DNA of 64,000 nucleotides from Candidatus Bathyarchaeota archaeon (GCA_963811105.1 CAWEPZ010000002.1:384001-448000), one strand, 5' to 3'. Positions 22,004-31,582 are shown, numbered from the stretch's first letter. Notes: generated by a model from the sequence alone, not told the origin. Program-made: numbers and translations.

Positions 22004-23285
22004 CTAGATAATTGCTCCCTTAAGATAGGTAGACGAAGCTTCAGTAACCTTAACATTCAAAGTTTTGCCCATAAGGTTATTTGTGCTTCTTACGACTATG
22101 GGCTTGTAAGCTAAGTTGCGTCCTACCCAAGATCCTTCAACCTTCCCTTTCTCATCAACCAGCACCTCGCCAACCCAGCCGACCCAACGCTTATTGCACT
22201 CTAGGGAAATCTGCTTAACTAACCCTGCAGCAATGGTGCTTCTCCGCTTAGTCTCATCTCGCTCAACCAGACCAACATTTATTTGCGCTGCAGTCGTTTT
22301 GGGTCTTGCAAAAAACTTAGAAACATTGACGACGTCAGGCTTCACCTCCTCTAAGAACTTAAGTGTATTCTCAAAAGCTTCTACAGTTTCGCCTGGAAAA
22401 CCAACAATGATGTCAGTCGCAAGGGTCAACAGGGGAAACTCATTCCTAAAAGCTGAAACAATACTCTTGAAATCCTCTGAACCGTAAAATCTATGCATTC
22501 GCTTTAGTATTTCGTCATCACCACTTTGTACTGGCAAATGCAGAAACTTGAAAACCTTTTTGCTCCTGAAAGCGTCAATCAACTTAACTTGCATATCGGT
22601 TACCATATTGGGCGTCATCATGCCTACTCTAATCCTAAAGTCCCCAACTAAACCAACAAGCATCATCAAGGAGCTCTGCAAGGTTACTACGGATGTCTCT
22701 TCCGTAACAAGCGGTGTCTTGAGAAGTAATCCAAAACTCCTTTGCTCCAGCGGCAAGATCGCTCTCTACTCGGTCTGCAATTTCTTTGATGTTGTAGCTT
22801 CTCAGGTGACCACGAGCAAAAACTACACAGCAGTAGGCGCAGGAGCCCAAACAACCGTAATTGATCGGAACCACACTGATGACTGGGTTAGATTTGATTC
22901 TGGGTAAGTCCAGCTTAGGTTTTGCATTCGCTACCAATTCAATAACTTTTTCGCCTCTCCAAACGCGAGAAACGACATCAACTATTTCTTTTCCAACTGA
23001 AGGGCCCACTGCCCCATCGAAATGTACTTCGTTTACCAACCGCTCAAAACTAATCATCGGTAAACAACCCGCGACAATGAGCTTTTTTCCTTTTGGCGTA
23101 TGCTTTAGGGCGTTAATTATGCGGTTTTCTGTTGGACCTTTAACGGCGCAGGTATTGTAGATTATTACGTCGGCCGTAGCTTCTGAAGTTGTCAGCTGGA
23201 ACCCACCTTGGGCAAGGCAGCCTGATAAGACTTCGCTATCAGCGCTATTAGCCGAACAGCCAAAGCTACGAACGAAAACCTTCAA
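22004..23285 (-). CDS. Archaeal tRNA methylthiotransferase (MiaB/MtaB-like radical SAM + TRAM), 1-nt insertion near 22667
   Basis: GCxxN, NTCAV, GCL; CLGSCAYC; HLPVQSG; IIVGFPGET; TRAM tail. Confidence 0.92.
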
Positions 23286-23384
23286 AGAGCATGTATCACC
23301 AGCCCGTAAGAAGCTTCAACAAGAAATAAAAACATAAGGGTTCCTGAACGGGAATTGACAAAAACTTGCAACATCATCATTTAA

Positions 23385-23421
23385 ATGCTTATAAGGACTG
23401 GCATGAACATGTTATAAGCAT
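23385..23421. promoter_or_regulatory. Perfect inverted repeat upstream of the cdrS-like gene
   Basis: ATGCTTATAA-N17-TTATAAGCAT. Confidence 0.5.
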
Positions 23422-23499
23422 ATTTAAGGCATGATATATAGAGGTATATCACAGAAGAACTCGTTTGTTTATTCACCCACTAATAGGAGCCATAACTAA

Positions 23500-23655
23500 A
23501 TGAAACTAATTACTCTTTATTTGCCTGAAACGTATATAAAAGCTTTGGACCAGCTGGTTGACGAGCGGTTCTATCCAAACCGCGCCGAAGCCATCAGAGT
23601 CGCAATTCGAGACCTTATCAGCGCTGAAGTCTGGAGGAGAAAAGGTGTTGACTAA
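23500..23655 (+). CDS. cdrS: CdrS-like ribbon-helix-helix cell-division regulator (51 aa, not in ORF track)
   Basis: MKLITLYLPETYIKALDQLVDERFYPNRAEAIRVAIRDLISAEVW; YPNRxEAIRxAIRDL signature. Confidence 0.82.
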   Translation: MKLITLYLPETYIKALDQLVDERFYPNRAEAIRVAIRDLISAEVWRRKGVD

Positions 23656-23938
23656 GAATTTACATGACGACGGCCTAAAATCGCCATTAGAAATCGAAGA
23701 TACGAAGGTTGCGAGGGTTCCAAAAACCATTGATCACTCCATGATAATTGGTGAATCCAGTGTTATTCGGAAACCTAAAACTAAAATGAATAACAGGATG
23801 GTTAAATCTAAAATGCCGGTTAAAAAAATATGCAGACTGGAAAAAGCAACACAGCACCTCTATGACCTTGAAGATGCGCATGGCCCAGAAAAACCATTAA
23901 ACATAGACTTCGGTCTCTACCAAATGGAAGACTATTAA
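23648..23938 (+). CDS. Hypothetical protein coupled to cdrS; C-terminus resembles an FtsZ tail
   Basis: TTG start overlaps the cdrS stop, with GGAGG RBS; ends LYDLEDAHGPEKPLNIDFGLYQMEDY, followed by a T-tract. Confidence 0.6.
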   Translation: MTKNLHDDGLKSPLEIEDTKVARVPKTIDHSMIIGESSVIRKPKTKMNNRMVKSKMPVKKICRLEKATQHLYDLEDAHGPEKPLNIDFGLYQMEDY

Positions 23939-24017
23939 CATTCTTTTTTCTTTTTAACTAACTTTTGTGATTTCCCCTCCAGAAAAGCTATTATTCTCAA
24001 AAAATCCTTTAAGATCT

Positions 24018-24728
24018 ATGAGCGTTATACTTACCCAATTAAGAGAAGAACTCAAAACTAATACAGACCCGCAAACGCAAAAAAGTTTTCAGCGCTTTTT
24101 CAAAGAACAAGTAAAGTATTATGGCGTTAAAACTGACGTTGTAGGTAAAATAGCTAAAAAATATTGGAAAGAAGTAAAAAACTTGGATAAAGAAGCAATT
24201 TTCACGCTTTGTGAAGAGCTTTACCGTTCCGATTATACAGAGGAAGCCTTTGTAGTGGCGTTTTGGCTGCCAAACTATATTGACAACCTTCAACTAAACG
24301 ATTTGTCAATGTTCAAAACCTGGATTGAACGGTACATTAACAATTGGGCAAAATGCGACGGCTTGTGCAATCACACTATTGGCGACTTAATCCAGAAATA
24401 CCCAAAAGCCTTAGGCGAATTGAAAAGCTGGGCTAAAAGCAAAAACCGTTGGCTTAAACGGGCTGCGGCTGTTTCGCTTATTGTTCCAGCAAAAAAAGGC
24501 TGTTTTCTGCAAGATGCTTTCGAAATAAGCGACACATTGCTAATGGACGAGGATGATATGGTTCAGAAAGGTTATGGTTGGCTGCTTAAAGAGGAGAGCC
24601 GGCTGCATCAGAGGGAAGTTTTCGACTACGTTTTTAGAAACCGCAATGTTATGCCTCGAACTGCTCTTCGGTATGCTATTGAGTTGATGCCTAAAGAACT
24701 TAAATCTCAGGCGATGAAGAAAGCTTAG
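24018..24728 (+). CDS. DNA alkylation repair protein (AlkD-like)
   Basis: NNWAKCD, W.KS.NRWLKRAA, EDDMVQKGYGWLLKE, RTALRYAIE. Confidence 0.88.
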   Translation: MSVILTQLREELKTNTDPQTQKSFQRFFKEQVKYYGVKTDVVGKIAKKYWKEVKNLDKEAIFTLCEELYRSDYTEEAFVVAFWLPNYIDNLQLNDLSMFKTWIERYINNWAKCDGLCNHTIGDLIQKYPKALGELKSWAKSKNRWLKRAAAVSLIVPAKKGCFLQDAFEISDTLLMDEDDMVQKGYGWLLKEESRLHQREVFDYVFRNRNVMPRTALRYAIELMPKELKSQAMKKA

Positions 24729-24750
24729 GTTGTAATATTTTTTTTCGGCT

Positions 24751-25860
24751 TTACGTTTTCCAGTCAGGTCCAGTCTTTTTGCGGAATGCTATCACTTGGA
24801 TGTGGCCGACAATTATTAGAATCATCCAAATTGTTGAGTAGAAAAAGTAGTAGACGAACAATTCATGTAATTTCATCTCCTTGAACCCGAGTTTTCTTGA
24901 GAGACCATAGAAAACGCCAGCAGTCATGGCAAAACCCGATATAGAAATGATTACGATCTTTAGTAAATCTGCTGTACCCAGTGAAATCAAAAAGACTGGT
25001 AGCATAATGTTAAATTTTAATGAAAGAAACAATGAGAAAAACAGCAGAGAATTGTACATCCACAGACTCGGCACTAAAGCGCTTAGAAAAAAAATGGCGA
25101 CTGACGGGTAAAGAAAGAATAGTCCGGGCAGAAAAACTTGAGGTTTTTTGAAAAATTTCTTGGCTAACTCACGATACCAGGTTACTAACCACAAGGCTTG
25201 ACCGATTGCCCATCTTCGGCGTTGCTTAAACCATTTTCCCCATTCTGAGTAAACGACGTTTTTAACTTCTAGATCGTTGCTATAGGCGAAACTGCTGTCA
25301 TCCAAGAATGCTCGTGTGGCGATGTCTATGTCTTCAGCAACGACTTTGTGAAAGCCGCCGACTTTTTCAAATGTTTCTCGTTTAATGGCAAAAGCTGCTC
25401 CGTTCACTGCGGGGCATTTATGCAGGTATTTTGACGACAGCCATGCGCTGACATTATAGGTGAAGTATTCGTAGTATGCCATTTTAGATAAGAAGGATTT
25501 TCCTTTTACAACTTTCTTTTTTATGTCCAGCAGATCAGTGTTCTTTATTTCCATGATTATTTTTCTGAGAAAATCAGGGTCATTTGTTACTTGTACATCA
25601 GAGTCCAAGAATAGCAGCACTTTACCTGAAGACAATTTAAAGGTGCTGTTTAATGCGTTTGCTTTTCCAACTCTTTGCTTGTTAATTATGAATGTGACGT
25701 TTTCTCTTTCTAAGAATTTGATTTTCTGTATAAAATCGTCTGTAGGTGTATCTACTGTTACAAAAATTTCCTTAGTTACGTTCTGTGAACTTAGCTCATT
25801 TAGTAGGGATTCTAACTGATTTGATTCTTTGTAAATAGGGATGAAGATGCTGATGTCCAC
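24751..25860 (-). CDS. GT2-family glycosyltransferase with C-terminal TM helices
   Basis: GKANALN, FLDSD, AEDID, QRRRW. Confidence 0.9.
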   Translation of the reverse strand: MDISIFIPIYKESNQLESLLNELSSQNVTKEIFVTVDTPTDDFIQKIKFLERENVTFIINKQRVGKANALNSTFKLSSGKVLLFLDSDVQVTNDPDFLRKIIMEIKNTDLLDIKKKVVKGKSFLSKMAYYEYFTYNVSAWLSSKYLHKCPAVNGAAFAIKRETFEKVGGFHKVVAEDIDIATRAFLDDSSFAYSNDLEVKNVVYSEWGKWFKQRRRWAIGQALWLVTWYRELAKKFFKKPQVFLPGLFFLYPSVAIFFLSALVPSLWMYNSLLFFSLFLSLKFNIMLPVFLISLGTADLLKIVIISISGFAMTAGVFYGLSRKLGFKEMKLHELFVYYFFYSTIWMILIIVGHIQVIAFRKKTGPDWKT

Positions 25861-26050
25861 TGCGAATCCTCAAATAGTCAACGTAAGTGCACTTGGTTAT
25901 TTTCAAATGACTTTTTAAATTATTCTATAAAAAAAGGGATTAGATACGTGACGTATGGTAAAAAAATGCTTTTGTTAAGGATTATTCAGGTTTTTCTTTC
26001 GTGTTTTACAGGTAAATTATTATTTACCTCAGAAGATTGCTATTGGCGTT

Positions 26051-27052
26051 ATGACTCGGGTTAAGGCTTTAAGTTTACTTTCTGGCGGTTTGGACAGCAT
26101 ACTTGCTACCGAGCTTGTTCTCAGGCAAGGGATTGAAGTGGTAGCCTTTAACATTAAAACTCCTTTTGGTATTCCAAAGAAAGATGGCGCCAGTGAAGCC
26201 TCTCAAGCTGCGGAACAATTAAAGGTTCCCCTGAAAGTTGTGGAAGTCGAAAATGATTACCTGAAAATGCTTCGCAATCCAAAGTATGGTTACGGCAGAA
26301 ACATGAACCCTTGCATTGACTGCAAAATCTTTATGATAAAGAAAGCCAAAAAATACGCCAGAGAAATTGGCGCAGATTTCCTTTTCACAGGCGAAGTTCT
26401 TGGCGAAAGACCAAAGTCCCAGCATTCTCCTGCCCTGAGGATAATCGAGAAAGACTCTGGCTTGAAAGGTAGACTTTTGAGGCCTCTGTCTGCAAAGTTG
26501 TTACCTGAAACGGCGGCTGAAAAAAAGGGCTTAATTGACCGAACTAAACTGCTTGCAATTCAGGGTAGGTCAAGAAAGCCTCAGTTCCAACTTGCACGCG
26601 AATTTGGAATCACAAGTTATCCAACTCCAGCGGGCGGATGCCTCCTAACATGCGAAGAATATGCAAAGAAGCTCAGAGATCTTTTCGACAACAAAAAACG
26701 AATCTCCATGGCAGATATATCATTGCTCCGTGTTGGAAGGCATTTCAGATTAGGCAAAAACAAAATAGTTGTCGGGAGGAATGAGGCAGAGAACAAGTTT
26801 CTAATCTTACAAAAGTCGCAAAGTGAATATTACTTTGAACTGCCCGATGTTGTTGGTCCAATTACTATTTTGCAGGGACCCAAAACAAAAGTTGCCATTG
26901 AAACTGCAGCGAAGTTAACCGCGTTTTATTCTGACGCAAAGACGAATGAGATTAAAGTCAACTTTGGCAGAGAAACCCTCGACAAATCTACTTTAGTGAA
27001 GGTTCCTGAAAAGACTGAAGTAGAAAAACTGAGAGTTGGCAGAGTGAAGTAG
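26051..27052 (+). CDS. ThiI-like PP-loop tRNA sulfur-modification protein (DUF814-type C-terminus)
   Basis: SGGLDS, NPCIDC, TGEVLGERP, PAGGCLLT, GRHFR, VGRNEAEN. Confidence 0.8.
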   Translation: MTRVKALSLLSGGLDSILATELVLRQGIEVVAFNIKTPFGIPKKDGASEASQAAEQLKVPLKVVEVENDYLKMLRNPKYGYGRNMNPCIDCKIFMIKKAKKYAREIGADFLFTGEVLGERPKSQHSPALRIIEKDSGLKGRLLRPLSAKLLPETAAEKKGLIDRTKLLAIQGRSRKPQFQLAREFGITSYPTPAGGCLLTCEEYAKKLRDLFDNKKRISMADISLLRVGRHFRLGKNKIVVGRNEAENKFLILQKSQSEYYFELPDVVGPITILQGPKTKVAIETAAKLTAFYSDAKTNEIKVNFGRETLDKSTLVKVPEKTEVEKLRVGRVK

Positions 27053-27139
27053 TCGTTTAAGAGAGTCTTTGACTTCTATCTGGGGAGCAGCGATAGGTAA
27101 ATTATATTTGTTAGTGTTTTCATTAAAGTGCCCGCAGAG

Positions 27140-27217
27140 GGGTCCGTGGCGCAGTACGGATAGCGCGTCAGCCTTCTAAGCTGAAAGTCATGGGTTCAAA
27201 TCCCATCGGACCCGCCA
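27140..27217 (+). tRNA. tRNA-Arg (anticodon TCT), intronless, encoded CCA
   Basis: GGGTCCG/CGGACCC acceptor; GCGC D-stem; TCAGC-CTTCTAA-GCTGA anticodon arm; ATGGG-TTCAAAT-CCCAT T-arm; GCCA end. Confidence 0.97.
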
Positions 27218-27304
27218 ACTCTAGCGCGAAAGATATACTGCTTTTTTCTTTTTTTAAGAGTTTTTTAAGTGTTTTAGCTGCGTCTATGCAGGAGGCTTCT
27301 CTAG

Positions 27305-27547
27305 TTGCCTAGAGACTCTAAGCTTTTAGCTCAGTTGATGGAGGATCCAGTTTTTGAGTGTGTTGAGACGTTTTGCTGCCAAAGGCGCCGCGACGTAACA
27401 CTTGATTTATCTGTATCCAGGAGGCCTTTGGGCAGTATTGTTTCTGGGGTTCCGGTGTCCTGCAGTTGTGAGGCGAGTTGCAGCAAAGGCATTTTTTGTT
27501 TGCTGAAGGTTAACCGGATTACTATGGGCAGGAGAACGAATCGGTGA
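27305..27547 (+). CDS. Small Cys-rich hypothetical protein
   Basis: GGAGG RBS; CC, CSC and C clusters; stop overlaps the next start. Confidence 0.55.
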   Translation: MPRDSKLLAQLMEDPVFECVETFCCQRRRDVTLDLSVSRRPLGSIVSGVPVSCSCEASCSKGIFCLLKVNRITMGRRTNR

Positions 27548-27768
27548 AGCAAATCTGTCTCTATGTCCCGAGGGTCTGCATTAACCTTCTAGATGAGTTA
27601 GTTGATTTGGGTTTTTACCCTAAAAGAGCTGAAGCGATCAGGCTTGCCATTCGTACTTTGCTTTCTAAGCACGGCAAGTTTATGGTGCAAACTGACTATA
27701 AACCGCCTGAAAAAAACGTGTTATCGGCCGTTGAAAAGCGCCTGGAGGCTTCTATTAATGACGATTGA
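27544..27768 (+). CDS. Second CdrS-like RHH protein (element-borne)
   Basis: MKQICLYVP..LDELVDLGFYPKRAEAIRLAIRTLL aligns without gaps to 23500-23655. Confidence 0.8.
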   Translation: MKQICLYVPRVCINLLDELVDLGFYPKRAEAIRLAIRTLLSKHGKFMVQTDYKPPEKNVLSAVEKRLEASINDD

Positions 27769-28120
27769 ACCTCAGAATCGGGGGTTTAGTCTTCCCAAGT
27801 ACGGCAGCCTGGAATCCTTGAGGTTGAAATCCAAGAAGGCCTACGACCTAGTTAATTCAGTCAGCATAAAGTTTGGCAGTTCTATTCGTTGGGCGGAGCG
27901 CTATGTAATCTCTGAAATGATTACTGAAAATAGCTGTCTTGATAATCGGATTTTCCGCAAGGTTCTGAGTGATCCGCCTATTTACTTTAAGTTTCACGGC
28001 AACAAATTTAGTCACTCGTTAGAGTTTTACTGCAAAGACATACCGGTTCTTGAAACTGTCAAGCAGGCTTTTCCCAATGATTTTCCGTATGATGTGCAGA
28101 TTAAGGAGGGCCTTGTTTGA
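27758..28120 (+). CDS. Hypothetical protein
   Basis: ATG 27758 after GGAGG; overlaps both neighbours. Confidence 0.6.
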   Translation: MTIEPQNRGFSLPKYGSLESLRLKSKKAYDLVNSVSIKFGSSIRWAERYVISEMITENSCLDNRIFRKVLSDPPIYFKFHGNKFSHSLEFYCKDIPVLETVKQAFPNDFPYDVQIKEGLV

Positions 28121-28383
28121 CTAAGTGGGTGCCTCTTTGGAATGTATACTATAAAGAGATTGACGTCGGAAAATCTGATAGCTGTGGTATTCGTCCTGAG
28201 GAATCTTTGCCTTTAAACGCTTGTGAGTTTGCAGGTGCACTGCTCGAGTATACTCTGGGCGCTCGCAGCTGTTCCGGTGCCGATGGAACCTTCTGTCCCA
28301 AATCCAGTTTTGGAAATCCTTCCGTTTATTGTTCATGTCCTACCCGGCTTGAGAAACTGAAAAACAGAAAAGATTTGCCTTAA
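28117..28383 (+). CDS. Cys-rich hypothetical protein
   Basis: GGAGG RBS; several Cys; operon-like overlap. Confidence 0.55.
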   Translation: MTKWVPLWNVYYKEIDVGKSDSCGIRPEESLPLNACEFAGALLEYTLGARSCSGADGTFCPKSSFGNPSVYCSCPTRLEKLKNRKDLP

Positions 28384-28513
28384 CGAGGAGAGCTGTTCTG
28401 CAGAAAAAACTGATGATACAAGTCAAAAAGTTTTAGATTCAAAGTCTAGAGTAAAATTTGACTCTAGGTGTGGTGACATTCAATTTGATCGTGACACTTT
28501 TCGCAAATGGGTT

Positions 28514-29356
28514 TTGCCTCTCCTTAGGCGAATTGATGCTGGTGATTACCCTACTCAGGCAGGTCATATCCTTGGTTTGAAAAAGCAGCATACGTGGTAT
28601 TACATCAAAAAGCTGGAGAAATGCCAATTTATTCATCGGGAAAAACGCAGCAACGTCTTGTTCTATTTGCTCACTGAGGAAAGTCAAAAACTTCTCAGGT
28701 CATGTGAGGGCACTGTGTTTCCCGCCGAACTTTATCGCTTTGATAAGTGTCAGGTTTCTTATGAGATTCTTTCTGAGGGTCGATATCCCAAGGGTTCGTT
28801 TAGGCCAGTGGAGATGGTAAACTGGACCGCGCTGCTGGGCACTGAACTAGGGGTTAAGGTTAAGCATACGCCTAGGAGCTGGATTGTTCATGTAGAGGTT
28901 ATCCAGGGCAGGAACGCTATAGAAGTTACAAATTTAGCGATGAACTTGGCCAACCGTGTGAGTAATGCTCTCTGCAGCAAATACGGCTGTGTTCTAGGCG
29001 AAGGGAAGGTTATCGCTGGAGAGATCGCGCACGTGGACCCGATTGCCTCTTTGTTCGGTCAATATTTCACTGTGCGAGCTAACAACCGCAAGATTGACCA
29101 TAGCTGGGGTCCAGGCGAATTAGAACACACTCAGCGAGATGCAGTGGTTGATTATCTGCAGATGCCCGAGGGAGTCAAGAAAATTGAAGTTGAAGTTTTA
29201 GCTGTCCGAGGTGAAGTTGCGAGGCTGAGGGTAGAGATTGCAGGTCTTCGGAGTGATCTTGGTTTATTGACTTCAACTTTGAAAGAGGTCTTTGGGTTAG
29301 ATGGTAACGGATCCGCGAAGACACCTGATACAGGAGCTAAGGAATATGTCACATAA
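28514..29356 (+). CDS. wHTH + uncharacterised domain + coiled-coil protein of the integrated element
   Basis: N-terminal HTH (YPTQAGHILG..WYYIKKLE); core ..IDHSWG.GELE..YL.MP; heptad tail. Confidence 0.75.
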   Translation: MPLLRRIDAGDYPTQAGHILGLKKQHTWYYIKKLEKCQFIHREKRSNVLFYLLTEESQKLLRSCEGTVFPAELYRFDKCQVSYEILSEGRYPKGSFRPVEMVNWTALLGTELGVKVKHTPRSWIVHVEVIQGRNAIEVTNLAMNLANRVSNALCSKYGCVLGEGKVIAGEIAHVDPIASLFGQYFTVRANNRKIDHSWGPGELEHTQRDAVVDYLQMPEGVKKIEVEVLAVRGEVARLRVEIAGLRSDLGLLTSTLKEVFGLDGNGSAKTPDTGAKEYVT

Positions 29357-29703
29357 AAGACAGTATCTAGGTCGCGTTAATTATCATGAGCGACGCACTG
29401 GAGAACAAGTCGCCGATATTTGGATAAGCTTGTGGTTTCTGAGGGCACCCAAGACGTAGCTAAAGGTTCAGTAGATGGAGGAAATAGCTATGTGTCTTAG
29501 GATGGTTCCAGAAAATCCCGAACTTAAAATCGCAATAAAAGCAGTAAAAACCTGTTCAAAAGCCTTTTCAGCATACAGCCTTAGGCATGGTAAAAGTCCA
29601 TGCTTTTCACAAGTCGCTTTTCTGCAATTAGTTAGTCCTGATTATCCACTGCTAATTCTGCCTTGTGTTGATGGAGCAAAAAACTTGGAGTGTGCATTCT
29701 GAT

Positions 29704-30156
29704 ATGGAAACAAGTGAAAAACCTGTTCAAACCCCCAAAAAGAAGCGTAGCCTAAGCGATAAAATTGGTCGTTTAAAGCATAATCAGCAGCTACTCAAAC
29801 AGACCTTAGCAGAGGTAGAGGAAGTTAAGCTCATGCTACGCACAATCTTTGCAGGCTTAAAAGATACTTTCAATTTTGATAAATCACTAATCGAGCGTGT
29901 GGCTTGCAAAGATGAGATTGATCGCGAGATTTTGCAATTACTGTTTGAAGCTGGATCGCTCGGTTTGTTGCCAAAAGATTTAGCCGTTAAACTTGAAAGA
30001 TTTAAGATTACCAGACATCAGGTCAGCAGAAGAATTCAAAAAATGAATAAGCGCCTTGAGAAGGAGTTCGGCGAGCAAATTGCAGAACAAAGAGGCTGGC
30101 ACTGGGCGCTCACAAGCTTAGCCAGAGATAGCTGGGGCAAAACAGAAGAAGAGTAA
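29704..30156 (+). CDS. Coiled-coil + winged-helix protein
   Basis: DEIDREILQLL..GLLPKDLA..RHQVSRRI..WALT. Confidence 0.7.
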   Translation: METSEKPVQTPKKKRSLSDKIGRLKHNQQLLKQTLAEVEEVKLMLRTIFAGLKDTFNFDKSLIERVACKDEIDREILQLLFEAGSLGLLPKDLAVKLERFKITRHQVSRRIQKMNKRLEKEFGEQIAEQRGWHWALTSLARDSWGKTEEE

Positions 30157-30288
30157 GTCAGAAACTTAAGGTAATGACCACTAGGTCCACGTGAAACAAT
30201 GAGGCTTGTAAATAACAAGTTATAAATAACAGTAAACACTTAAATATTTACGGCGATAAAAGAACCCGCAATAATTGAGGTTAAGTAC

Positions 30289-30501
30289 ATGGATGAAGGA
30301 AAAAAAGTTATCATTAGTTTTCTTAGAGTCACTGGAATCCTGTTAATTGGTTTTCCGATTTTTGTTTACTTCGGTAATCAAAAGGAATTGTCTCCAATTT
30401 TGCCTTTTGTAGCCATAAGTATGCTTATCGGAGCAATTTTTCTTGCTGTTTCAACTATAATTTGGTGGAAAAATAGGGAAAATTTAGGTGAACAAAAGTG
30501 A
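30289..30501 (+). CDS. Small two-TM protein
   Basis: GAGG RBS; two hydrophobic helices. Confidence 0.65.
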   Translation: MDEGKKVIISFLRVTGILLIGFPIFVYFGNQKELSPILPFVAISMLIGAIFLAVSTIIWWKNRENLGEQK

Positions 30502-30980
30502 AGCCTACATGTTCAATAACCTTGCCTTTAAGTTCTAATCAAATGGCTGTTTGGTCACTATTAACAAAAGGGTTCTCAGTTTCTACGATAGCTGATAAAC
30601 TTAACACTACCAGACAATACGTTAACCAAACCAGATTAACGGCGGAAGCCAAGCTATCTACAACACTTCTGGAAGTTGCAAGAACGAATGATCTGCAAGT
30701 AACAAGATTATACCCCAAACAAGCTATACTCCTTGGTTATCATCCAGCATTAAAACGCAAAGCAATTGTCACCTACACAACTAGCCACGGACTAAAGGTT
30801 TGGTATTGGCACGACAGCCCTGAAGAAGTAACAGACACAGCCTTCCTAAACCAAACAAGGCAGTATTTGATGGACATCGCCAAAGAAAGAAGTATAGACG
30901 TCCCTGATGCAGAAAAAATTCATCCAGCCAAGTTGGCGCACTTAGTTTTTTGTAAGCTTATCCCGGAGTTGAGCGCATGA
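30498..30980 (+). CDS. HTH (sigma70 region 4 / LuxR-like) DNA-binding protein
   Basis: LSSNQMAVW..KGFSVSTIADKLNTTRQYV. Confidence 0.75.
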   Translation: MKPTCSITLPLSSNQMAVWSLLTKGFSVSTIADKLNTTRQYVNQTRLTAEAKLSTTLLEVARTNDLQVTRLYPKQAILLGYHPALKRKAIVTYTTSHGLKVWYWHDSPEEVTDTAFLNQTRQYLMDIAKERSIDVPDAEKIHPAKLAHLVFCKLIPELSA

Positions 30981-31582
30981 ATATTAAGGAAATTTTTGAA
31001 AAACGAATCAGAGGATGGTTCCCCACAGAGCCTTACTCGGTTAGCACAGGAGTTAAGAAAGATTCTAAAAGTAAAACCCAACCCATAGCGATTCCATACG
31101 GATATGATTTAAGTGCAACTCTGGTTGCTGGATTGACAACAGTTTTCTATGCAGTCCTCGGTTCGCTTCTCATAATTTCTTTTTTCAGCCTTGAAAGAAG
31201 CATTAGCTTAACATTCATAGTCGCTTGGATAATTGCGGGATTAACAATAGGTGCTATTTCAGGTGCAATAGAGACAAAAAATCAACTTAAACGGCTCTCA
31301 AAAGGCCACCAGCTTAAAACAAGTAAAGAAGACCTTATCATACTCATCATGCCTCTGTTTTTGCTCTTCATTTTTGGCCAATACCTAAGCATTAATTATA
31401 TTGGATTACGAACTTCGGCTCTACTCGGCGACTTAAGCGCGGTTTTTGCTTTTGCGGTTATCGCTCAAGCAATCAGGTATGGGTCATTCTGGGCATATGA
31501 AAAGAGGGGAAACATGTGTTTAATGCAAAGTTCGTTTAGAGGACGAGTCATTGCCATCCCCAAAAGCACAGACCAGGAATGA
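30977..31582 (+). CDS. Four-TM membrane protein with N-terminal RIRGWxP motif
   Basis: ATGA overlap with the HTH gene; IRGWFP then 4 TM segments. Confidence 0.7.
   Translation: MNIKEIFEKRIRGWFPTEPYSVSTGVKKDSKSKTQPIAIPYGYDLSATLVAGLTTVFYAVLGSLLIISFFSLERSISLTFIVAWIIAGLTIGAISGAIETKNQLKRLSKGHQLKTSKEDLIILIMPLFLLFIFGQYLSINYIGLRTSALLGDLSAVFAFAVIAQAIRYGSFWAYEKRGNMCLMQSSFRGRVIAIPKSTDQE

Noticed and set aside
28355-28412. Programmed -1 frameshift fusing the 28117 ORF to the 28514 ORF
   Set aside because: Joining would need a +1 shift, and the A-AAA-AAC heptamer lies after the upstream stop.
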